From assembly GCA_016188915.1 (NCBI GenBank), contig JACPGU010000002.1, positions 11,388 to 75,387 of the forward strand: a DNA stretch of 64,000 bases, given 5' to 3'. Positions 1 through 9,010 of this stretch are shown in pieces. Numbering within the stretch: the first letter of the stretch is position 1; the number at the start of each line of letters is the position of its first letter. This stretch comes from Candidatus Microgenomates bacterium. GTDB taxonomy: Bacteria > Patescibacteriota > JACPGU01. A program made the position numbers and the translations under genes. The notes below the pieces were generated by a model. It was not told the origin of the DNA and did not search any database. It saw nothing but the letters and a program-made list of their open reading frames with translations.

Positions 1-644
1 TTTTCTTCAAAGCCAGGAATGAAGCGCGACTCCCCCAGAATAACTGCCATATTTTTTATTTGCATGCCCTTTAGCTCTTCAGGGGTGAAATCAGACGGAT
101 TAGCTACGTCTAGATCAAAATTTACCCAATCGCTCATTTCCGCCCCCTCTTCTTTGTCGGCTAATTGAGCGAATTGTTTCTGAATATTATTCAAGACATC
201 CAGAGTATCTTTTTCTTCTATCTTTATCTCTTCTTTTTTTATTTTTAATTTTTCACTTTTTACTTTTAATTTATTTTTCCACCCCTCTATGTTTATGGAA
301 GGAATCACATCTACTTCCCCACTCCAATCAAGACCATCTTTTTCCGAAAATTTTTCTATCTTAATATCGGCAGGTGAAGCCAGAGGCGTTATTTTTTCTC
401 TTGTCACCATTTCAAAATACGTATCTTGAATGGCTAGATCCTGCGCCTTGTGTTCTACGGCATGCTCGCCCAAAGCGTCCTTTGCCATTTCCTTTGGCAC
501 CTTGCCAGTCCGAAATCCTTTGATGGCGACATCCTTTGCTAGTATCTCCACCGCCCTATCAAAAAACTTCGCCACTTCTTCCGAAGTCGCTTTGATTTGA
601 AACTTGATTCTACTATTCGGCAATTTCTTGATTGTGCTTTCCAT
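1..644 (-). CDS. tig: Trigger factor, N-terminal part (gene continues beyond window start)
   Basis: Reverse-strand translation from ATG at 644 reads MESTIKKLPNSRIKFQIK...IKGFRTGKVPKEMAKDALGEHAV, matching the trigger factor N-domain GFRxGKVP signature. No stop before position 1. Confidence 0.75.
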   Translation of the reverse strand, partial: MESTIKKLPNSRIKFQIKATSEEVAKFFDRAVEILAKDVAIKGFRTGKVPKEMAKDALGEHAVEHKAQDLAIQDTYFEMVTREKITPLASPADIKIEKFSEKDGLDWSGEVDVIPSINIEGWKNKLKVKSEKLKIKKEEIKIEEKDTLDVLNNIQKQFAQLADKEEGAEMSDWVNFDLDVANPSDFTPEELKGMQIKNMAVILGESRFIPGFEE

Positions 645-702
645 GTATAGGGTTATTTTATTAGGCTTTCATTCTATCACAAAAGGCCCCCCTTGTTCAA
701 CT

Positions 703-732
703 TCAAAAGGAACCCGCCTATGCGGGTTTCTT
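703..732. terminator. Hairpin aacccgc-ctat-gcgggtt flanked by T/A runs; candidate bidirectional terminator
   Basis: Stem-loop read directly; T-rich on both strands. Confidence 0.4.
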
Positions 733-745
733 AGCCTGCGGGAAA

Positions 746-786
746 AGGTCGTTCCTCGGGTAGCGAAGCGGACAGAGGTGCGACCT
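746..786. repeat. Palindromic element family C, copy 1 (AGGTCG..CCTCGG-AGCGAAGC-..GAGGTGCGACCT)
   Basis: Near-identical to copies at 9169-9209, 41970-42004 and 49072-49116 (some reverse-oriented); internal inverted symmetry. Confidence 0.7.
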
Positions 787-804
787 TAAAGAGCAGGTCT
801 TATC

Positions 805-1122
805 TTACAAAACAATATTAATCACCAGCGCCAAAACGGTAAAAATGAAAGTCCAGCCGATAGTAAATGAGAGCATCCTGACTGCCTCTTTTTTCTTCCC
901 GTCCAGATACAGCATCACAGGCTTGGCGAAAAATAGAGAACCCATGATAGAGGCGGAAAGAACTAGAATTAGCAGTATCATCATCGGACCAACCATAGTC
1001 ATGTCATCCCCTTGGCCAAAAAGCGCTTCACCATTGGACATCAAAAGAGCAACAAGAGAAATATAGACGACAGCTAGCAGGGCATTGAGAAAACTTTGCA
1101 AAACCAGATTCTTTTTTTGCAT
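805..1122 (-). CDS. Small hydrophobic membrane protein (3 predicted TM segments), hypothetical
   Basis: 105-aa ORF, strongly hydrophobic; its first ~23 codons are duplicated at 2477-2549. Confidence 0.45.
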   Translation of the reverse strand: MQKKNLVLQSFLNALLAVVYISLVALLMSNGEALFGQGDDMTMVGPMMILLILVLSASIMGSLFFAKPVMLYLDGKKKEAVRMLSFTIGWTFIFTVLALVINIVL

Positions 1123-1123
1123 A
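1051..1123. repeat. 73-bp direct repeat, copy A (partner at 2477-2549); covers the 5' end of the 805-1122 gene
   Basis: ~69/73 identical to 2477-2549. Confidence 0.85.
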
Positions 1124-1172
1124 CATTTGACTTAATAATATGATAGTCTATGCAACCCTCCGCGAGTACAGC

Positions 1173-1236
1173 CTATTTGCAAATTTCTGATACCTGCCTT
1201 GCCGTAATGAAATCTATTTGCAAATTCCTGATATTC
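1173..1236. promoter_or_regulatory. Two 22-bp direct repeats (ctatttgcaaatttctgatacc / ctatttgcaaattcctgatattc) spaced 41 bp, upstream of the membrane-protein gene
   Basis: Read directly; 1 mismatch between copies. Confidence 0.4.
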
Positions 1237-1297
1237 AGGATATTGCAAGAGATTACACGAGAGAGGGCATGATAAAGTTAATGTTTTTTGTTTATTA

Positions 1298-2365
1298 CTA
1301 TTTAATTCTTTTTTTCCCGTTTTTCTCTACTTCCCTCAACTTTTTAAAAACGTCTCTATCGAAATCAGACTCTATTTTCTGGGCTTTATTAAATTCATTG
1401 TATTCCGTAAACGCTTTTTGCTCGGCTTTTTCGTGTGATACACCACCCTTCCCGTCCAAAATTTTGTATTCATTGAAACCCAAAAATTTGTCTACACTTT
1501 CTGCCAGATCTTCCATTTTCATAGTCTTATGATTTTCTATAATGTTTTCGATGTAATCAAAGAACCCCGAAATAGTCCTTTCCAGTCTTTTGATCTGATC
1601 CTCTTCGAGATAATTTTTTGCCACCCTAACATCTGTTTTGATTATTCTGCCCGTTGGGGAATTTTTCCAAGTAGTCAGCCCCATGTGTGGCTTGGTTTTG
1701 TCGGCTTTAGAATAAATAATTTCTGCAGCGGTTTGACCAGCAATAGCAAAATGAAATTTATTTTGCACCATTGAGTAGAAACTTTTTGTAATTTCTGATT
1801 GAGGGTCATAGTCCATACTGCACTCGGCAAAAATGTCTGTGATTTGCTGATAGATTCTGCGTTCGCTGGCGCGGATTGAACGAACTCTCTCCAAAAGCTC
1901 CATGAAATAATCTTTGCCAAAATGACTTCCGTTTTTGAGTCGTTCATCGTCCATAGCAAAACCCTTGATAATATACTCTCGCAGAGCTTGGGTCGCCCAA
2001 ATACGAAATCTGGTAGCCTGCGTGCTATTCACCCTATATCCAACAGATATGATAGCGTCAAGATTGTAAAAATTTGTATTGTATGGCTTGCCGTCACTGG
2101 CAGTTGTCCGGAATTTCCGGATAACTGAATATTTGCTCAATTCACTGCTTTTAAAGATATTCTGCAGATGTTCATTGACCGTTCTTACGTCTACGTCGAA
2201 AAGCTCGGCCATTTTCTTTTGGGTCAGCCAAACAGTTTCGTTTTGAAAAAAAACATCAATATTAACCTTGCCCTCAAACGTGGTATACAACAAAAACCTT
2301 GATTGTTGTGGTGTTGTGTTTTCCGATTCCCCTCTTGGCATATATTTAGGCTTATCATAATCCAA
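1298..2365 (-). CDS. RhuM-family virulence/DNA-binding protein
   Basis: Conserved RhuM block: WLTQKKMAELFDVDVRTVNEHLQNIF...YNLDAIISVGYRVNSTQATRFRIWATQ. Typical neighbour of hsdR. Confidence 0.7.
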   Translation of the reverse strand: MDYDKPKYMPRGESENTTPQQSRFLLYTTFEGKVNIDVFFQNETVWLTQKKMAELFDVDVRTVNEHLQNIFKSSELSKYSVIRKFRTTASDGKPYNTNFYNLDAIISVGYRVNSTQATRFRIWATQALREYIIKGFAMDDERLKNGSHFGKDYFMELLERVRSIRASERRIYQQITDIFAECSMDYDPQSEITKSFYSMVQNKFHFAIAGQTAAEIIYSKADKTKPHMGLTTWKNSPTGRIIKTDVRVAKNYLEEDQIKRLERTISGFFDYIENIIENHKTMKMEDLAESVDKFLGFNEYKILDGKGGVSHEKAEQKAFTEYNEFNKAQKIESDFDRDVFKKLREVEKNGKKRIK

Positions 2366-2476
2366 TTACATGATACCACAAAAAAATCCGCCTTCGCAGA
2401 TGTTTATACTTTAAGAACTTTACAGGCTTTACCGATCCATTGCGGGCTACACGGAGGTCAGACCTCCGGAGGTTTC

Positions 2477-2549
2477 AACAAGAGAAATATAGACGACAGC
2501 CAGCAACGCATTGAGAAAACTTTGCAAAACCAGATTCTTTTTTTGCATA
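2477..2549. repeat. 73-bp direct repeat, copy B; truncated duplicate of the membrane-protein gene start
   Basis: Encodes MQKKNLVLQSFLNALLAVVYISLV then diverges into a GGAGGTCAGACCTCC hairpin. Confidence 0.85.
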
Positions 2550-2604
2550 GGGCCTGATTATTAATATTATTATAGTTCTATTCTAGCAAGGAATCCTCCT
2601 CGCA

Positions 2605-4986
2605 TCAAACACCCACCTCTGCGTACAGCTCTTCCTGAAATTCAAAAAACATAGCTCGGATCTTTTCCACTCCGCCGAGGGCTGTCGCCGCATCAGCTAT
2701 AGCCTGATACTTGAGATTGAGAAGTTTTGGTAGTTTTTCCTCATCCAGCTCATCAACACCGTTATCAATATATTTATCAATAACAAAACTCAAGAATTCT
2801 TTTTCTTTGTCATCTATCCCCTTAAATATAAGAGGTCTTGCTCTGATAACTCTCTCCTCTCTTGTAATCGGTTTTATCGCAAAAGAAACATAGGAGAGAA
2901 CATCAAATAGGTCGGAATCTTCGGCATTGACCAATCTTTGCAGACCTTCTAGCTCTTCCTTCCCATATCCCTGATCTGCGATTTTCTCAAGGAATGCTTT
3001 TCTTGTTACGGGATTTGACCAGATCTTCCTTAGCTCTTCTTCACTTTTGAAAAACTCTGGCAATTTGCCAAACATGTTTTGCAGGAATTCTTCGGCAGAT
3101 ATGGGCTTGCCGTCGGCACTCCAAAAAGAAGTTGATACCATATGCTGGATTTCCCTTTCTTTCCCATCGCGTAATTTTATTTTCAGTTTCTGTCTTGGCA
3201 CATTTTCGCATTCACATGGATCTTTACTGCATTCAGGACAAAGATTGGGAACCCTTTCGCATATACAAGGATTCTCGCCACACACAGGGCACACTTCTTT
3301 TGGCTTCCTTTCGCAAATACAAGGATCTTCTCCGCATTTCGGACAGATCTCCTCGACGGGTTCGCCGTCCCACTCGGGGTCAGAAAAGTGATGATATGCT
3401 CCGACAAAATCTAGAATAGTAAAATACTCTTTACCGTCAAAAAGTCGTGTCCCACGACCAACGATCTGCTTGAATTCAATCATGGAGTTGACTGGACGCA
3501 TCAGAACGATGTTGCGGATGTTGCGGGCGTCAACACCAGTAGATAGTTTCTGTGAAGTAGTTAAGATGGTCGGAATAGTCTTCTCGTTATCTTGAAAATC
3601 TCGCAAATACTGTTCGCCTCTTGTGCCATCATTTGCAGTAACTCTAACGCAATAATTTGGGTTCGCACTTTTCTTAAATTGATTTATCAGGTCTCTCACG
3701 GCGGCTGCGTGTTCCTGCGTAGCGCAAAAAACAATCGTCTTCTGGCTCTGATCAATCTCGTCCAGCATTATCCTCACGCGCTTTTCTTCTCTCTCCTTGA
3801 TCTTGATAATCTTGTTGAAATCTTCCTCCTTGTATATCTTGCCAATCTCCACTTCTCCTTCGACAACTTCGTCGTCAGAAGTATAAACATATTCATCAAG
3901 AGTTGTTTGGATTCGCTTGACCTTGAATGGCGTCAAAAATCCGTCATTGATTCCCTCCTTCAGAGAATAGGTATAAACTGGCTCACCAAAATATTTGTAT
4001 GTATCAATATTATCTCTCCTTTTTGGCGTTGCTGTCAGGCCCAGTTGAACAGCGGGAGAGAAATAATCCAAAATATCACGCCAGTTTGATTCGTCGTTTG
4101 CTCCGCCTCGGTGACACTCGTCAATTATGATGAAATCAAAAAAGTCCTTTGGATATTCGCCAAAATATGGCGCGCCACCAGGACCACTCATAAATGTTTG
4201 AAATATTGTAAAAAATATACTGCCATTTGTTGGCACTCCACCCTTCTTGCGAATATCGAGTGGGCTGATACGAACTAGCGCATTTTGGTCAAACGGAGAA
4301 AACGAGTTGAACGCCTGATTTGCCAAAATATTTCGATCAGTAAGAAAAAGTATTCTGGGTTGCCTCGCCCCATCTCGCTTTAAGTTCCAACGAGAATGAA
4401 AGAGCTTCCAAGCAATCTGAAAAGCGATGAATGTCTTTCCCGTTCCGGTAGCGAGAGTTAGAAGAATTCTCTGCTTGTTCTCGGCAACAGCATCAAGAGT
4501 GTTGTTGATAGCATTCTCCTGATAGTATCGCAAGATCTTCGTACCACCAATATCTTCAAAAGGAACTTGCGCAAACTTATTTTTCCATTCATTTTGATCA
4601 GAGAAAGCTTTGTTCCATAATTCTTCTGGCGTTGGGAAGCTATCAACCAGAGTTTCTTTCCCACTTTTCATCTCAATCTCATAGATCTCCTTGCCATTGG
4701 TGGCATAGGTGTATTCTGTTTGCAGTTTCTTAGCATAATCTTTTGCCTGCGCCACACCTTCAGAATAAGAAATGGTTTCCGCCTTTGCTTCAACCACAGC
4801 CAGCTTCTGATTTTTGTAAACTAAAACATAGTCAGCAATTTCTTTTTTGCCTCTTATCCCTCCAGGCTGGATGCGCCCTTCGGTAATATGATGTTCGCGC
4901 AGAATCTTTGACCCCCCTGTCTCACCCCATCCGCTTTCTTTCAATTTCGGGTCAATATATTCCGCTCTTGTCTCTGCTTCGTTCAT
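2605..4986 (-). CDS. hsdR: Type I restriction enzyme R subunit HsdR (short form, 793 aa) with C-terminal Cys-rich tandem repeats
   Basis: N-terminal MNEAETRAEYIDPKL; helicase motifs TLATGTGKT and IIIDECHRG; TATPKR; ~3195-3345 encodes 3 repeats of CPxCGExPCICER. Confidence 0.9.
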   Translation of the reverse strand: MNEAETRAEYIDPKLKESGWGETGGSKILREHHITEGRIQPGGIRGKKEIADYVLVYKNQKLAVVEAKAETISYSEGVAQAKDYAKKLQTEYTYATNGKEIYEIEMKSGKETLVDSFPTPEELWNKAFSDQNEWKNKFAQVPFEDIGGTKILRYYQENAINNTLDAVAENKQRILLTLATGTGKTFIAFQIAWKLFHSRWNLKRDGARQPRILFLTDRNILANQAFNSFSPFDQNALVRISPLDIRKKGGVPTNGSIFFTIFQTFMSGPGGAPYFGEYPKDFFDFIIIDECHRGGANDESNWRDILDYFSPAVQLGLTATPKRRDNIDTYKYFGEPVYTYSLKEGINDGFLTPFKVKRIQTTLDEYVYTSDDEVVEGEVEIGKIYKEEDFNKIIKIKEREEKRVRIMLDEIDQSQKTIVFCATQEHAAAVRDLINQFKKSANPNYCVRVTANDGTRGEQYLRDFQDNEKTIPTILTTSQKLSTGVDARNIRNIVLMRPVNSMIEFKQIVGRGTRLFDGKEYFTILDFVGAYHHFSDPEWDGEPVEEICPKCGEDPCICERKPKEVCPVCGENPCICERVPNLCPECSKDPCECENVPRQKLKIKLRDGKEREIQHMVSTSFWSADGKPISAEEFLQNMFGKLPEFFKSEEELRKIWSNPVTRKAFLEKIADQGYGKEELEGLQRLVNAEDSDLFDVLSYVSFAIKPITREERVIRARPLIFKGIDDKEKEFLSFVIDKYIDNGVDELDEEKLPKLLNLKYQAIADAATALGGVEKIRAMFFEFQEELYAEVGV

Positions 4987-5057
4987 GTCTATATTATACT
5001 ATTTTCTGCTTATTTAAGCAAATATAGCAATCAAAAAACATCTCCCCTAGAGATGTT

Positions 5058-5297
5058 TTAATAATTTCTCATTATTTCTTCTGCGTCATACCCCCATCCT
5101 TCTGCCTGTTTGAGTTTGTCTCTCAAGACTTCTTTGTATATCTTGCTCTGCAATGTTATGAACTGTTTGTTCTTTGGGTTTGTTAGCTTGTAGTGTCCAC
5201 CTTTCCCTCCGCTCATATCCAGAATAAAGCCCATCTTTACGAAAGCTCGCGCAAGTCGTTTTTGAGATATGTCCGATGGCAGATCATGCGGTAACAT
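5058..5297 (-). CDS. hicA: HicA-family mRNA interferase toxin
   Basis: 79 aa, KRLARAFVKMGFILD..GGKGGHYKL resembles the HicA/YcfA fold signature (GxxGSH); overlaps upstream hicB by 14 nt. Confidence 0.7.
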   Translation of the reverse strand: MLPHDLPSDISQKRLARAFVKMGFILDMSGGKGGHYKLTNPKNKQFITLQSKIYKEVLRDKLKQAEGWGYDAEEIMRNY

Positions 5298-5652
5298 ATC
5301 TCTCCTCCCGCGCAGTCAACGACTGTGTAGCTGAAAGAGGAGATGAGTTAAGCGGTGGGTTAAAGGTGATTCTCTTGGGATCGCAATAGCGAACCGGTAT
5401 TTCAAACGCAGTAAATATCGCGTCCTTTAATTCTTTTTCTAAATCCTCTTTTGTAGTACCTGTGGCAGAGATGTACCCCCGTGGGTAATCCACGGACTCT
5501 GCATAAAGATATTTCTCACCATCTTCTTCTACCGAGCGTACATTGAATTTTATCCCTCTTTGAGAGAGCTCAATTCCAAGAACGTCAAGCTTCTCTAGCG
5601 CTTGTGAAGGTGTAGCTAAATATGATTGTATCCTATGGACTAGCCTGTTCAT
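5284..5652 (-). CDS. hicB: HicB-family antitoxin (UPF0150)
   Basis: EEDGEKYLYAESVDYPRGYISATGTTKEDLEKELKDAI matches the HicB EDGxY..PG..S.G.T.EEA pattern; coupled to hicA. Confidence 0.65.
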   Translation of the reverse strand: MNRLVHRIQSYLATPSQALEKLDVLGIELSQRGIKFNVRSVEEDGEKYLYAESVDYPRGYISATGTTKEDLEKELKDAIFTAFEIPVRYCDPKRITFNPPLNSSPLSATQSLTAREERYVTA

Positions 5653-5800
5653 ATATGTGCTTTTAGCTGAATTATAATGCTAGCAAAAAATTCAACAAAA
5701 GTCAAGAATTAACTACATTATAGCATCACCCAAATCATTGTCAAAGAAAGACAAGATGCCTCATAATTCTCCCCTAAATATCCCTGTCTCGCCGTAGCTT

Positions 5801-6979
5801 TTATAATTTCCCAGCGAAGGCGGATTGTAGCACCGACTTCTTCAGCTCCTCCAAATCCGCTAATTTTTGTTTATAAATCCCCTCCAGCTTCTTTGTCTCC
5901 CCTGATAACGCATCCAGCTTCGCAATAATAGACTTCTGTTCGGAAAGGGATTTTGGATAAAAAATATTAAAATCTTCCAACTGAGCTTTTGTAATTGCTT
6001 GCCTTGTTGCCCCTTGTCCACCAATTACCAATAATTGATCCTTATATATTTTTGAAGTAAGTAAATAGTTTAAAAAAGTTGGATCAATTATTTCTTTTCT
6101 TGGCCTTATAATCGATACATGCTGATTTACTCTTGCTGGTAAATATTTTTCATCAAAAACGCAACATCGCGCCACAGATGCTCCCGTTATATTTAATAAT
6201 ACGTCGCCTTTTTCAAGAGTAACATTTAATAGGTCTTTTGCCTGTTTATCATTAATAAAGGCGAGGTTTTTTTCTACAAAATTTCTATCATGTACATTCA
6301 TGCTGCGCACCAAAGAAATCCCTTGTTTTATATATGACTCCCTTCCTCCTCGTGGAGTTGCGCCACTTCCTATTTTTAAAGTTAGATTTTCAAGTCTATC
6401 AGTTTCCCAATCCTTCCCCTGATTCGTAAAAACACTCTGCAAATACGATTCAAAAAGCTCTTTGGAATTTTGGAGATTTTTTTCAGTATTCTCCTTCGCC
6501 TTTTTTATCTCCCCAAAAACCTCATCCAATATTTTTACAATGCGTTGCTGTTCGGGGAGAGGGGGGAGCGGAACCTGAATATTCTCTATATCTTTTTTGT
6601 TTATTGAAGCAAAAACTGCACCAGCATTGCCAGATATGTTTTTCTCATTAAGAACTAGGAAATAAAATAAAAAATCTTTGTCTATATCTTTTCCCGCTCG
6701 GATACTTGCGAGACCACGCCCGATACATATCTTTTGTGTTGCAAAGTTAATTGGACCAACCGGAGCACGAACAGACATTAAGATATCGTTTTCCTGTGCC
6801 TCTTTAGTGGTTTTAGTTGTCCATACCGTTGGTTCTCCGAGAAATATTTCGCCAAACTCTTTTTTTCCTTGATAGAAGGGTGTGCCATCTTGTTTGCTAT
6901 TATAAAAACGTCCTTCTGGGGATTGGCCAGCTATCACACTACAAACCTCACCAAGTTTCATTGTTTGCCAATTATTCAT
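5801..6979 (-). CDS. hsdS: Type I R-M specificity subunit HsdS (two target-recognition domains)
   Basis: MKLGEVCSVIAGQSP...conserved central LPPLPEQQRIVKILDEVF and C-terminal SLSEQKSIIAKLDAL repeats. Confidence 0.9.
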   Translation of the reverse strand: MNNWQTMKLGEVCSVIAGQSPEGRFYNSKQDGTPFYQGKKEFGEIFLGEPTVWTTKTTKEAQENDILMSVRAPVGPINFATQKICIGRGLASIRAGKDIDKDFLFYFLVLNEKNISGNAGAVFASINKKDIENIQVPLPPLPEQQRIVKILDEVFGEIKKAKENTEKNLQNSKELFESYLQSVFTNQGKDWETDRLENLTLKIGSGATPRGGRESYIKQGISLVRSMNVHDRNFVEKNLAFINDKQAKDLLNVTLEKGDVLLNITGASVARCCVFDEKYLPARVNQHVSIIRPRKEIIDPTFLNYLLTSKIYKDQLLVIGGQGATRQAITKAQLEDFNIFYPKSLSEQKSIIAKLDALSGETKKLEGIYKQKLADLEELKKSVLQSAFAGKL

Positions 6980-7547
6980 AAATACTTTTTTGTAGCTCCA
7001 TAATTAAAACCTCCCACTTTCTAAAGTATTCTTCTATTGTTGTATTTTTATTTGAATCAACCTCGTTTACGCCATCATCTAAATTTTTTATTCTATCATA
7101 GCTATCACTGTCTACGTCCAAATGTAGATAAGTATATTTACTCTTATCCTTATCAACAAGTTTTGCCGACGATGGCCATAAGCCTTCGAGAGCCAATCTT
7201 ATCTCCTTTGGTAAAAGTATATCCGATCTAATATCTATATGATCAAAAAGTAAGAAGTAATTTATATCAAAATACACTTTTTCTTTTGCTATAGAAACCA
7301 GATCCTTTTCATAAAATCTTCTTTTATCAACTAAAATATCATTTAGAAAAATCTGATAAATTGATCCATTGTTTGTGTATATTAAGAATCTTATATTCTT
7401 AATATATTCCAACAAACTTTTAGAAAAACTATATTTATCTCTTCCCCGAATTTCTGTTTTCCAGACCGAAAGTGCCTTCCAAGCAATAATAATTACAGCT
7501 ATTTGCAATAAAATCCCTATAATTCTTATAATATTTTCATAAATCAT
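6972..7547 (-). CDS. Hypothetical protein with a single N-terminal TM helix; embedded in the hsd operon
   Basis: 191 aa; IIRIIGILLQIAVIIIAW hydrophobic segment; 8-nt overlap with hsdS start, 12-nt gap after the KAP NTPase gene. Confidence 0.5.
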   Translation of the reverse strand: MIYENIIRIIGILLQIAVIIIAWKALSVWKTEIRGRDKYSFSKSLLEYIKNIRFLIYTNNGSIYQIFLNDILVDKRRFYEKDLVSIAKEKVYFDINYFLLFDHIDIRSDILLPKEIRLALEGLWPSSAKLVDKDKSKYTYLHLDVDSDSYDRIKNLDDGVNEVDSNKNTTIEEYFRKWEVLIMELQKSIYE

Positions 7548-7558
7548 TTGTTTGCCAG

Positions 7559-9004
7559 TTAGTTTTCATATTCGCGGTAACTATCTTTGTGATATTTACT
7601 TTTTTCTACATATTCAATAAGTAGATCCATAAACATCTTTTCCTTATTGTTATTACTGACGCTCATGCCCTCGTGGTCATTCAGATCAACATTGAGTTCA
7701 TACCCTTGCCACTTTACTGGGACGCCATCATTTTCTGGTATTTTTATATCCAGAGGTTTAAGCATGGTTTTTATAAATCTCATAAAAGGCATTCTTGCTC
7801 TTGATTCATTTGGATTACCTTTAATTTTTTTTAGTTTTTCAATAAAAACTTCAGGACTTGAGAAACTATTGATAGCTATATTAACTGCTATATCATATAT
7901 TTTTTGAAAATTATCTGAAAACGGATCCTCATTATAACTACCCTTTTTTAGCTCTTGCATTTGAAACTTTGTTGCCTTCAATAGTTCCCTTAGTGTCATG
8001 CTGTGGTTGCCTATAGCATTACTGAAAATATATGCAAGAAAGTACTTAATGTATCCGCTATCTTGTATTGCATCTTTTAAGTTCGGCTCTTCGTTTTTGA
8101 TACTTTTGACAATTTCATCAACCATATCTAGCACTGCCTTTCGATTATCAAAATAATATGGGGCAACTGAAAAAAACTTATCTACATAACCATAAAAATC
8201 GGTCTCAATTCCATATTTATGATGAAAAATATGCTTCAAGTTCGTATAATCGCCAACAATAATTATTAGGTCAAATCCAAACTTATTTTCATTTTCTTTT
8301 TCAAAATAAGCCGACAAAACATTTAAGATTCTAAATATATGCCCTGGGTCAATTCTATCTAGATCATCCAGAATAAGGACGCTTTTCTTCTGACCTTTTT
8401 GCTGAATAATTTTCTCCTTCAAAAGATGGCTTAAATAATCTGTTTCGGAAATACTTTTTGTTTTTATTGCTTCAGTGTATTTTTCCGCCAGCCCCTTCTC
8501 GCCTTTTTTGTATTCTTTCTTAAATTCCTGAAACTCTTTGTCAATTTCCAATAAGTCTTTTAGTGGCCTGCCAAGTTTCCCTAGTATATTAGTGATTGGG
8601 TCAATAGACAGTTCGGCATACGATTCTCCCGCGGAGAGAGTTGATTGCAAAAACGAATTTAGCGAAAATCTTTTCTTGCACCATGAATAAAAAAGAAGGG
8701 CGGAGTCTTTGATGCCTTCAATTTTATTTTCCTGTAATATATCTTGATTCTTTTTTAATAATTCTACTAAAATATCATATTTGATTAACTCTAATACATC
8801 TTCGTTATTACTAATTTGATAATTTACTGGGTAAAGATGAAACGCTTCATATTTGTCCTTTAGTGAATCAAAAAATTTATTGAGAAAATAGGTTTTCCCA
8901 ATACCAAATTTGCCAGAAAAAAACACTCGCGAATTTTTTTCTGTATCAAGGAAAGAATCAAATTTGCCTTTTATGGTTTCAATTGGTATTTCTATTTCAG
9001 TCAT
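7559..9004 (-). CDS. KAP-family P-loop NTPase (predicted), embedded between hsdM and hsdS
   Basis: Walker A GKFGIGKT; Walker B/KAP signature VLILDDLDRIDP; 481 aa; starts 7 nt after the hsdM stop. Confidence 0.6.
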   Translation of the reverse strand: MTEIEIPIETIKGKFDSFLDTEKNSRVFFSGKFGIGKTYFLNKFFDSLKDKYEAFHLYPVNYQISNNEDVLELIKYDILVELLKKNQDILQENKIEGIKDSALLFYSWCKKRFSLNSFLQSTLSAGESYAELSIDPITNILGKLGRPLKDLLEIDKEFQEFKKEYKKGEKGLAEKYTEAIKTKSISETDYLSHLLKEKIIQQKGQKKSVLILDDLDRIDPGHIFRILNVLSAYFEKENENKFGFDLIIIVGDYTNLKHIFHHKYGIETDFYGYVDKFFSVAPYYFDNRKAVLDMVDEIVKSIKNEEPNLKDAIQDSGYIKYFLAYIFSNAIGNHSMTLRELLKATKFQMQELKKGSYNEDPFSDNFQKIYDIAVNIAINSFSSPEVFIEKLKKIKGNPNESRARMPFMRFIKTMLKPLDIKIPENDGVPVKWQGYELNVDLNDHEGMSVSNNNKEKMFMDLLIEYVEKSKYHKDSYREYEN

Positions 9005-9010
9005 ATGAAC

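Noticed and set aside
3047-3419. Plus-strand ORFs (114 and 95 aa) within hsdR
   Set aside because: They are antisense to a well-supported hsdR reading frame and arise in the locally GC-richer Cys-repeat region.
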